Assembly: GCA_030141605.1 (NCBI GenBank)
Contig: JAQGDQ010000295.1
Coordinates: forward strand, 124,001 to 188,000
Length of the DNA: 64,000 bases
Source: Tubiluchus corallicola
Taxonomy: Eukaryota; Animalia; Priapulida
Direction: 5' to 3'
Part shown: one piece after another, positions 1 through 12,100 of the stretch
Position numbering within the stretch: position 1 is the stretch's first letter
How the letters are laid out: every line of letters starts with the position of its first letter
Notes under the pieces: model-generated
Told to the model about the DNA's origin: nothing
Seen by the model: the letters and a program-made list of their open reading frames with translations, nothing else
Database searches by the model: none
Program-made: the position numbers and the translations under genes

Positions 1-127
1 CCGTTACAAGTAAAGTTGATACTAAAACTAATTTACCTTGTAGAGGTTGTTTTGCTCACATATTTCCATGTCTAGTTTGTTAATCTTATGATTAATAAGA
101 GCTTCGTTACGTCTGTGGCATTTAGAG

Positions 128-163
128 ATGATATCCATCAGGAAGTGGCTTTATAAGCCAAAG
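128..163 (+). CDS. ZFYVE28: LST2 coding exon 1 ([12 protein letters not shown])
   Basis: ATG at 128; matches the LST2 N-terminus (human [13 protein letters not shown]); donor AAG|gtacga, phase 0. Confidence 0.92.
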
Positions 164-3100
164 GTACGACACTTAGAGTGAATATAAAATTATTATTTTA
201 GTAGGCTTTGAAATTACTTCCAAGCTCCAATCCTAATAGCTGATTATTGTTCCAATCCTAACAGCTTGTCATAATTATGGTTATCGTCGTCGTTCGTAAT
301 TTGCTTCTAAACGTTGTATTTGTGATTAAAGTGTTTTTTTTGCTATTTGAAAGACTAAAGAGTTGTGGATCACTTCCGTTTACAAACATTATGAAGCTGA
401 AAATCAAATCAGAAACAATCTTTAGTAACACTTACTAAATGTTTACCTTTAGGCTTAACTCTATTAGCAAAGAAATGCTTTCGTATGTTTGTCCCGACAG
501 ATGGGACAAACAATTTGTGCTCATAACCTCAGAAGTTCTATGTCAATACCTTGACAGTTAAAGAGATAACCTTTAATCAACTTATTTACATCATTACATT
601 TTTTTAATTAATTTGCAGTCTTAATATCTATTTACACTATCTACAATGTGAACTGGTTTGTGTTAGAAATCGTTTAATAATGCAGAATTCGAGTTTTCTA
701 ACACGGATGCAAGAACATGACGAGCTGATGGAGTGTCAGTTGTAAAACATGATTATCACAAGGTTTATTTAGTGGGAAAACTAATCTCTATATTCGGGTG
801 TCACAACATAACTGCATTATGATAAAAAAATTATCAAAAATCATAAAACACTACAGAAATAACGAAGTCAGTGCTACGATCAAGTGCCACATCTACGGTT
901 AAATCCATATAAGAGAGAATGCTGCAGTTGTAACAGATCTCATCCATTGGTAATTCTTCGCACGTCTTCGTACTGACCGTTATTTTTGTATTATTGTTTT
1001 TAGGTCTGTTGGTAATTTTTTGTGATCATGTTACTAATTTACTAAAGACTGCTTTTGGCCTTATATTCAGCTTCATAATTTTCGTAAATTGAAACGATCA
1101 TCGCTACTGTAAATAAATCATGTTGATTCCTAGAAACTGGCCTTTTCACGTACTTAGTAGTTTCACTGAAACAGGTCTCTTGTGAAAGTAAGATTCAGAA
1201 GAATCAGAACCATCCTCACTACTTGCCAAAACAGTCAAGTGATTTATATTTTTATTCATGGTTCTTATTAGTTTGGTTTCATTTGGAAATTACTATTTAA
1301 AGCACCAGCGGACCGTATGTGTTTGTTTTAGGCCTAACTAAGATGAGAAAAATTGCTAAATGATGGCCGGGTGCATCACACTGATGAGGTACTTAGTGCC
1401 TTAGATTTTTGTTTCGATTTGAAATTTAAAAGTGTTGACTGTTGTTGTGTGTTGACATATACTTTGGATATGTCAAAATTTTTGAATTTGGTAAGGATGT
1501 GATTATGACCGTACGAACTTACTTATGTGGAAAGCATTAGAAGAACAGAATTGGTAAACCGATCATTCCTACTAGCGAAATTCGTAATACTGGACAGTGT
1601 CACATAATTGCCAGCTTCAGCTACAAAAGTCAAATTGCCGACCAAAGTAGCCAGTTAGGTTATTTTGCTTAAATGCTAGTATTGAAGTTAACAAGTAAAC
1701 ATTTGGCAGCTTGTAAATTTGATAAATTAGCTGCTAAGTAACTGCATGAGTCTGTTTTCCAAACTGGTATATTGTGGTCCCAGTAGATTTAATATGTGAC
1801 GTCTCAGGAGGTAGGCCTATCACTGTAGCATCATGATCTATCAGTGATTAATGACGGGCATGCATACCAGGTAGTCATGTCATAAGGTTCTTTCAGGAAG
1901 CTAAATTTAATGGAAAAATGTTTGCCTGGAGAGGTTGGGTCCCCAAGTAACCCACAACTGGTTATTATATTTTTATTACGTGTTATTATAACAAATGTCT
2001 GTAATTGTTTGTGTTTTTATTAGCTTTTAATGTTGGCCATTGATGCTTAGGCTGAGCAAATGAAACTTTATCAGGATTTGCAGTGAAACTTAAATTTTGC
2101 TAAAAACAGAAGTTGTACATCTTTGCGAGTCTGTGAAATTGTGACTATCTCTAAATCAAGTTTAGACTTTAACCGTAATCAGAGATGCCAGAACTGAGTC
2201 CCCTGAGAGTTAATTATTTTTCTCTTATCTAAGATTCTTGCTATAAACTCGTTTAGTAATTGGCATTTAGTGAACATTTTCTATTCACTTAGCTAAGTAT
2301 TGCCTCACGTTTGCAAAGCTTAAGCAAAATTTGTATGATTTTCCATTGTTTTTGTGAAGATTTTCAATCAGAAAAGCTTGCCCTTTAAAATTCATTTTAA
2401 TTTAAGATGTAGGAACATGTTTCGATCGGTATGGATTTATATGATTACGTTCTAGGCATCTGTTGTGACTGAACCACACGGAGGGAAAAATGAATTAATT
2501 GCAGAATTTCAAGCAACACTGTGTTCATTTCTAACTCCTGATTTTCATACATTGTGATTTAAAGAACATGTTTCAGGACCGAATGCCGCAATGTTGGAAA
2601 TTTGAGAATGTATGACTTTTTATTTAGAAATCGCGCGGAAATAGTAATTATGAGATAACAGTAACGATGCAGTATTGAGCAATGTAAGATCCCCATATCA
2701 TTTTGGCCTCTGGTTAAGCTTATTTCTGTGTTTTGTCATAACTTGACAGTACTTATTGTAAAAACTACGCAAATGTAAATAATTATTTATGCTTTAAAAA
2801 CACCTCTTACAATTAAAAATGGGAAGATGTATCTTTGAAATTGATTCTAGTACTTGTCAGCCTGTTGTGTGAGATTTTATTATTCAGCATCATGTATCTA
2901 ACAATAAGTCATGTATCTAACTATTACTTAGGACTGTGAACCAAGTTCTGGTGACGACTGTCGACCGGATTTTTCATCATTTTGTAGTTTCTTTCAGTGA
3001 AACGAGTATCTTTCGTGGGGTATGTGCCGACTGTTAACCCCTCCAAACTCTTCATGGGGTAATATCAAAATTTGGGCTCTTTTACGCTCTTTGGTTTGCA

Positions 3101-6100
3101 ACTATGTATGTTGGTAGATGTCAGCATCAAAAGCTGCGTTCCGTTTTGGGAAGAAATGACAGAGAAGTAGCATTCTAAAATTTGTGTATGCTGCCTACAA
3201 AAGTTGAGGAAAACTCTCTATATACTATGTCAATAGTCCAGTGTACATGCCTTCATTATGAAGTGTGTACAGCAAACGCAACAACAACAATGCAAGTGAG
3301 TTTTTGACACTGGACCTATGGCCAGTGTAAAGAACATACACTAATTAATTATAAGTATCCTACAAGGGGCAATCATAAAATAATCATTAATCGATATGTT
3401 TGAATACGCGTGTTGAAAACATTGTCCGTCTTGAATGCTGACCTAAGGAGAATACTATCCGAATCGCAAAATATAGCCAACAGTTTATTCTTCAGCAGTC
3501 ACCCAACCATCTACCATTCAGAGACAGCACTGTTCAAGTTTGGAAAACTGTTGTAGTGTGGTCTGGAGGTGGTTTTTGTGGCTTCCTTCTAAATATGCAA
3601 TGCCACTTCTTCACTTGCTGCTTTCTCAAAAGTTTGGCACGGGTCGACAGTTTTGTGAAAACAGCCATATATGTTCTGCTTCCAGAGAAATGATGAGCAA
3701 TTCTCCCATTTTCTGGGATAATGATGATGCTGATGGTCTACGAACGCACTATATAGTAGATCAATTTCGGGCAATCAATAATCCCAGGCTAGCAGCCTGA
3801 CAATCGCATTTCCATATAAACACATACACACATCTAAACCTAAATGTAATTCTCGCCTGACAGCCATGGTATGCTGATTAGTGATTAGTCGTTTTGCAAT
3901 TAATGAACCAGACTGCTGTTTGGAATGTTGCATTATAGTGCTTTGGAATTAGATCTCCGTGGTTAGTAGTTGGCAAGGAGCAAAAGGAGCTCTTTAGTTG
4001 ATTCTGTCATTTCATGATTGTGGTTTATTCTGTTTTTTTACAATAAATTTCCCTTTACTAAAGCCCATTTGTTCCGTTCCGCGATATATATATATATATT
4101 TTCAACAGAGAAGTCCACCAAGGCTAGAAGCACCTCCAAGTTGTTAATTGCAACTAAATTTGTAATAGTTCACAAAAAACTTTTTTTAATTTTGAATCAA
4201 ATACTGTTGCTGAGCTTACTGTAGTGAAGAACCAGTTGTACATTGCCAACATTATTTACCCCAAACTAACCTTTTATTTTTAAGAGTGCAGGGCGACTTT
4301 AGTGGAACAAAATTAGTTATAATTTTGGATTTATGTACCAGAAAACTTTAGGCATATTTTATTTTTAGCCTTTAATACCGAGAACTGAGAATTAATTGAG
4401 AAGATTTACTTAGTATACGTACTAAGTAATAGTATACATGTATATTGTAGTCACTGACTTTTGGCTATATGAAGTATTACGTGTCACTGGAAAACTCGTA
4501 ATTATAAGTAATGAGTTTGTCTATAATGGCTGCCAGTTGAAAAGCTGGAATTTTCGGTTTACAATCCCTTATTTCAGTTTATAATCATTTGGATAAAATG
4601 GTTGAAAGCTGTTTATTTGAAGCCAAGTCGACAGATGAATCCGACTGCAAAACTAATTACTGTTTAAAAGGAGATCGTTACATAATTGTTTTTGAAGTCG
4701 TAATTAAATTTTATTGCCAGGGCAAGGTCCTCTTAATGGGTTTGAGTGCTTGCCATTTTGCCTGTTCTGCTAAGCTTCCCAGTGGTGCAATTTTTTCTTT
4801 GACAGTTACTGCAGAGCTATCTAATGGTGGTAGTAATGTCTATCTACTTCGTTTTTCTGGTGATTTTAGCTTGGGTTTTCAGCATGAGAATGCTTCTCCG
4901 AGCTCATTGGAAGACTTGTACATCTCCTTTAGTTTTGTAAATTCGTATTAAAACTACATTATGCTGAGATAAGGAACTAGTATTCTTTTAGCTAGATTTG
5001 CAAAAAGAGTTTAATTGCAATGTTTCTCTGGCTAAATCACCCTTTCTTGGTTATAGTGATCACCTTGTATGTTGTGTATGTTTTGCTGTTGTCACTTAAA
5101 GGTACAAAAAATGTAACAAAGAAATTTGCACAAAACTGTCTGTAAAGCATAAAGTTAATTTATACTACCACAGTATAGAAAGTATAGAAATTTTCAAGCA
5201 TTGTGGCAGGTGCCATTCATTTGAAAATTATGACATACCTGGTGGACGTCCTGACATTTTGTAGGCACATCGTGGCTTTCTTTGAGCATGCACTTCTTAA
5301 ACTAATTCAGACTTTTGCAAAAATTTCTGCATTCAAAAATTAGCTATCTAGTTTTTTACAAACTTTTGACGGAAATTGACAACGTGAAATGATCGCAACT
5401 TTAAAATAATTTTACTAATTTACACGATGCACTTATAACACTGTCATTACTACACCCTTCTAACATTTTTTTGCAAACATTTTAATAAATCCAACTTCCC
5501 AAAAGGCTACTAGTGATGTTGCATATAGTTATGGACATTACTAATAATTCTTGTTGTGTAGTTTCCAGAAATTTTTCTATTTTGGACAATTTAAAAAGTG
5601 TCCCGATTTCTTTTATCATTGCTTGCTTTTGCTGGCCTGAGTGGCTTGTTTCTTTTCTCGGCTATTTCATGTCATTTCACATTTATGTTATTATCTTATT
5701 TATTATAATATTATTTCTCATGCAATAATTCCTTAATTCACTCATCAGGTTATGTAATTATTCTGAAAAATATTCAAGTTTGTTGTTTTGAATCATTCTT
5801 TTGTTCAATACTGACAATATTTAACAATCCCATCTTTTCTGGAAAGCAAAGTTACTAGTCGGCACTGTTAACTTGAGATTTTGTTAATTTAAGCAGACAG
5901 AGACTGACAGGCTGACAATGAAATTTATCACTTACTAAAGGAAAACCTTTTCAGGGAACTATTTTTGCATACACTGTGATGATTTCATTGTCAGGATCTT
6001 AACTCGTTCCAGTAATTGATGACAATTAGGAAACGTCAAGCATGTGCACTTTCACTTCTTGCAGATTAGATATATGCTCTACATAAGGTTTTAGATTTGA

Positions 6101-9100
6101 ATATTTACACTTTTGGTTAAGAGTTGATAATGTATTTATGTTAAATACACAACCACCACCATATTGATCTAGTTAAATAGTTGTTTATACTTTCAACATC
6201 AATAGTATGATATACAGCAAACAAAAATAGGTGGCGACTTTTGCAAGGTTTTTTAATTAACATGCACTTAGCAGGATTGTACAAGGTACATATGTAGAAA
6301 CTCATTTAATTTTTACCTAAATAAATAGAGAATTTAGCCAGGAATAATTTATTTTAAAAGTGTAATTTCTATATGTGTTGTCAACTGTTAGAGTTGTTGA
6401 GAAATTGTTAGTTCCTATATTATAGGATTGTCAGCTTTAGACTTTCAAGGTTTCAATGTGCAACTAAAAATTAACTATATATTTATATGTATACATTTGT
6501 ATCACATGCATTTTGCACTTCATGTGTTTTTGCCTTTCTACACTTGCGACAGAGCCGCTGTATACTTTTGAACTTGTACACTTGTATATAGGTGTAAAAG
6601 TACTTGCATGCTTGTAGACTTATCTAGATAGACTGTATGTCGAGGTACATAGGTGTTTGTTTAATTTATGTAAGTTTAATCTAAAATTTGTTGTCACTGC
6701 ATTTTACTCGTGTCTTTGCAAACTGTTTGTTTGTTTGTTGCTTTTTCTGCTTGTTTGTTTCTTTCAATGTACATTTAGACTGGTTCACTTCCATTGTAGG
6801 TACTCTGAACCTCAATATATGTAATTATTTTAATCAAAGACCCAATCATCAGCTAGTGCTACACTGAATGACAGTCCTAGTAGCAGCTTTTGTAACCATG
6901 ACTACAGCCTCCTGCACTGTGGTGAAACTTACGTCTCGTCAAGAGTAGACTACAGGCCCATCACCATTGCCGTCGATTCTGGATAGTAATTTAGCGACTG
7001 CCGATCAGTTGAGAGAGGAAGAAAATGTGTTTGCATTGCCCACTGGTCACGTGACCGTTGTGACAAAGCAATTACTAGGGCTGTCAGATGGATTGCTTTA
7101 CATGTGATAAGGACAGAATGAGATAATTTAATGGCTTCCAATGGCTGTTGGGTTTGAGTGACAAGTGATAACTTTTGGGAATTTAAGTTCCCTTCTTAGA
7201 GTACTTGCTGTCGAGCGCTTTGCTGATATCTGAACAGCACTTGTGTTATTGGGGCCACTTCTATTGGAAATCTTTACTAATATGAGTTTGCTGAGGTTAT
7301 TGGTTTGGCAGCAGATGTGTTAACAGTTGGAAATTTGGCCCTGTTATGTTGTTTTTGATACAGCTGTGGAATCAGTACATTAAACTCCAGACTCCAACTC
7401 CTAGAATTTTAGGAGATCCAACTCCGACTTCTGTCTTTAAACAGTAGTTTGTAGCACTCTCAATATTTAGCTATAGTGGCATTTCGTGACTACCAAGTGA
7501 ATCATCGGGCTACTTCTTATGCTCCAGTTCAATAATGTAAGTACTTTAAGAACAACAAGTAGCTAGCAACAGGTTGTAATTGCCCAGGGTAAGAAGGAGC
7601 CATCTAAGCCATAACAATCAGCAGTTTATTTTAGATGATATAATTAATTTAACATGATAATAATAATAATATAATATAATTATAATAATAATAATTGTTT
7701 TAAAAGTAACTAAAGTTTGTCTATTTTTACCAACTCCTCTAACATTAAGTGTACGAGTCCCAAGTCCAAAACCCTAATTTTTAACAACTCCGACCGCAGT
7801 TTGCAAAACTGTATTTCTAATCTTGTTCTTTTGTTCTGTAGTTGGTCTTTCATATTATCGGCTTTAACTGGCAGCATCATAATAGCAAGAGACCAGGGTC
7901 GGCTCTGTGTAGTTTGGTGCCCTAGGCAGAAGTATTTTTAGCGCCCCCTCAACTGTCAACCTCTCCCCCATGATAAACACCACATCCCTGAAATTGAATG
8001 TTTCTTTAATTTTTGACTCCTTGTTTTGATCATATATATCCATTTCACTAATTTCATCGTATTCACAACCGTAACTCTATCTGGTTGCAAATACTTTATT
8101 GGAGACTCTTTTACTTTGTTCAGTGTCGGGATTCACCAGCTTTCTTTAGCTTTCGTTTCCTGCATTCTTCTCCTAAAGACTTTGACTCTTATAGGTTATC
8201 TGCTATAACCAGAAATTCTATTGTAAGAAATGTTTTTATTAACGTAAAGATCATTACTATAAGTACATCCCTAGCTCGGCTGCTCTGTGTATGCAATAGA
8301 AATTATAAGCATCAGTGTCTGTGTGAATTTACGTTACCTTGGGAAACTTTATAAAGGAAAATTAGAAACTGTTTTGTTGCGAGAAGACACTTGCTAGCAT
8401 CGACGAATCACACGTTTTGACAGGAAAATAAGTAGCTTGTTTCCTTTTATTAAAATGTTGTGCACATACGTTATGTTATTACTTATGGTAAACTTAAAAA
8501 TTAAAGATTACTTCCAGATTCTGGCACCTTATGCAACTGCCTGGTTTGCCTGTTGATAGAGCCCCTCCCTGCAAGAGATTTATTTGCATTGACAGCTGCT
8601 TTAAACAGTTCTAATTATGTAATTTAAATGACCAATTTTATTAGTCTGTCTCTATCTTTTCGGCTGTATAATCTTTCTTTTTCCATCTTTTTACATGTTT
8701 TTCCGCAAGCGCTTCTGAGCAATGTTTTTGATTTTTTTCATATTTAGGGGTGTAGAAATGAGACTTTTGCAGAATTGTGTATAAATCAGATATAAATGTA
8801 CATCACATCCTGTTTGTAATCTAGGAGTTCCTTCTATAGCTATCAAAAACACGTGCACAGACTGCAGCACCACCTATTAGAAGATTTGGTGTTGGTGGCA
8901 ACTCTTCTTGCAAAATTCCAATTTTATAAATTTAAATTAGTTGCGTACATTCTTACAGTATCCTTGATGCTGAAACTGTACTTGTCAATGAATGACTGAA
9001 ATTATGTGAGCTTTTATCATGACATGTTGTGCACCTGTGTTTGTTTATATGCAGGAATACGCAGTCTGTTCAAATGCTGATTGGTGTGTGTTATGTGTGT

Positions 9101-12100
9101 TAAAAGTGCTGAAGTAGTTCTTTTTTCTAGTATTTGTTAGGTTAAACTTAAAATGTTCACATTTCTTATATTAGTAACACCTGCGTGTCGACTTTCTTAA
9201 AATTCTCATTGCAGTATTGACCATACGTATATCATTACATGGACCTCTTCACACGAGATAGTCTGTACCTGACCAGTGATCACTGACCACTGACCTGGTC
9301 TGACCAGACAAGCTAAATAATGACTTGTTACTACTGACCGCGCTTTTCTTGCCCAGTCTTGTAGCTTGCACCTGATTGCTTACCTGTAGGCCGCATGATG
9401 TTCACTAATCTCTCACCTGACCAGGTGATGTTTGCCTGCAGGCTGTTTATCAGTTTAAAGTGAGTGATTCACTCTGAACAAGTCTACCAAGCCTTCAAAT
9501 CCATAGCTATTAGTATGTTAATTATGACTCAGCTTTTGTGTGGTATGCAAATAATTTAAGTTCACTCAACTGTAGAACTTTTACACAAAACTGAAGGAGA
9601 ACTGAAATTTCTAATATAGCATGCTGAAGACAAAAAGACAAAAACAACATTTATCTGCCATCACTCATTTTACTGACAACAATAGCACTGACGGCTATTT
9701 AGCGACTTGTATCCTATTTAGTGACCTATCTCTTAGTCTGTAGTTTCAATGCTTTTTCTTTACATTCTTTCTTCCTTTCTCTGTATGCCCAGGGTGCTTT
9801 ATACAAGTATTCTCACTTTTTAGGTACCCCATCTACATACATGTTTGTTTTTTAAAAGTTTTGATATTATTATAAATTGTTGTTCAACATATATGTAATG
9901 TGTGGATCTAATAAACTATATATATATATATTAGATATTCTATATATATTAGATACTTGCACATACAGCAATACATGTGAAGGTGCAACACATAAGTCAC
10001 GAATGACATTTGTGGTATATGTCCTGTCAAAACTTACTGGTTTCAGTCCGCGGTGTAGACCGCTCGGCCACAATACCTAGGACTTTGTACATCTGAACAT
10101 AGCTATAAAATGAGCCGATAGATAAAATAAATTTGCTTTTACACTGAAATATAACGACGATGCAGCTTTCACCGTTTGAGATCATTTTTGCTGTCAACCT
10201 TAGAGAAAGTCATTACAGCAGTTGTTTATTGGATTTTTTCGCTCTGATTGTCAAAATATCTCATTGTGATCTATTTACTGCTGCCTACAAGAATGTAATA
10301 ATCTGTTAACTGTTCTGGTTGTGTGTGAAAGAAAGATGACTAATGGGTTTATTTTTCTAAAACACAACTGCAGTAAATTATTGCATTCTATTGGTGGTGG
10401 GGAAAGCGAATTCTTAAAATAAAAAGAACAGGCTAACACCCACTTAAGCAAAGACATTGGGATAAATGAATTCTTACAATAAAAATAACGGCCTGCTGTG
10501 CTCTATAGACGAATTTTTCTTAAATTTTAGGTTTAGAATTTCTTTTAATTCACTAGTTGTAACTAAAAAAGTCTGTTTTCAATTTTATAGCGCAATAATT
10601 TACTGCAGTTGTGTTTTAGAAAAATAAACCTGTTAGCTGTCTGTCTTTCGTTTGTCGTGCTCAGCAGAGATTTGTCCAGATTTATCATGACTTTGATATT
10701 ATATGTTTTAAAGTCTGTGTAATTTGTTTTATTTTTTCACATGGTGCATTTAATGCGGTGAAATACATGTATGGGAAGGGTTCCAAGTTGTTATTTTGAA
10801 ATGCGGGTTTTTAGGAGGGAAAAATCTTCCGTTACTATATTGAAAGAAAAAGCCAGTGAAACTTCTTTAATTGTTGTGGCTTTTCATTCCTTTTGCCATA
10901 TTATCTGCTAGAAAAGGCCTTGTTATGAACATTTTTCAAATGGCAAACACGTGTAATAACATTTTAGTTGAAACTCTCCAACCAAAGTGTTATTTACAAT
11001 AAGTTGGGAGCCGAGATACCCGCCAAATTAAGCAATTACTGGCTTCACAGACAGATCCGAAATATGTTTTGATGAAAAATTTATCGCGATTCACCCAAGC
11101 TTCCAAAAGAAAACCCGCGTATTGCATGAGTTTAATGGTTTTAAAGCACGTTATAAAATGCAATTAAAACGTGGGGTTAGTAAAACGAAGGAGAGTGTTC
11201 ATCCCCTGTTGCATGCCACTGTTTCATGAACTTCATGAAAAAAATGAGTCAGCTTGGAATTGAACTCCAATAAAAGCTCGACTTTAGGATAGTGGCGTGT
11301 TACTCTAGTCTAGATGAAAGCCATTTTTGTAAACAAAATGTATAGTGAATACAATACCGTTCTTTTTTAATTTTGATCTCAAATTATTCAATTTTCATTT
11401 AATTAATTCATTATTCAATTAGCTATGTTGTGAGTCTGCAGCTGTGTCTACTGTCATCAGTGTTGTATTGGTTTTGTCACAGGTCTAACAACCTGACATC
11501 TTTGTTATTGTCTTACACGTTTCACCCTGCTAAGGGTTTCATCAGGGACTATAAAATAAGTCAAACATCATTGTTTACCAAAACACAGTTATACATGCAC
11601 AGGTTGTGCATTGAGTACCAGTTACCAAAATTCTACTGCATTTTCGCAAAAAGTTGAATATTTTCACAGATTTAATGTAAAACTTTACACTGTGATAGCA
11701 AACTAAGGTTTGCTTTAAGTCGTGGCAAGCCATAAGTTAATGCAAACCCTAGCTTGCTTTCACAGTGTAAAGTTTTAAATTAATTCTGTGAAAATATTCA
11801 ACTTTTTGCGAAAATGTACTAGAACTCTGATAATTTTTTTGAAATATTTGTAACTGATACTCAATGCATAAGCTGTGTAACTTTCGTATAACTGTGTTTT
11901 TCAGAACAGTTGGCTTTTAACTAGGTCAATTTCAGATCTATTGTCTTGTAATTTATGTGAATTGGATCTTGTAAATCATTTAATATCGTTTTGCATAATA
12001 CGCAACAATAAGTTTCCGTTTTCACAATACTGTAGAGGCGTAAAAGAATTTTCAGGGCTGCTTCTGTGTGGTACTCAGTCGGCCGTGCTTGCTTAAGTTA

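Noticed and set aside
486-512. 10-bp hairpin (similar small ones at 22351-22404 and 57691-57706) as terminators or miRNAs
   Set aside because: Too short or imperfect for pre-miRNA; intrinsic terminators do not apply in a eukaryotic intron.
1378-1405. CTGATGA plus GGTAC/GTGCC stem as a hammerhead
   Set aside because: The required GAAA does not follow stem II.
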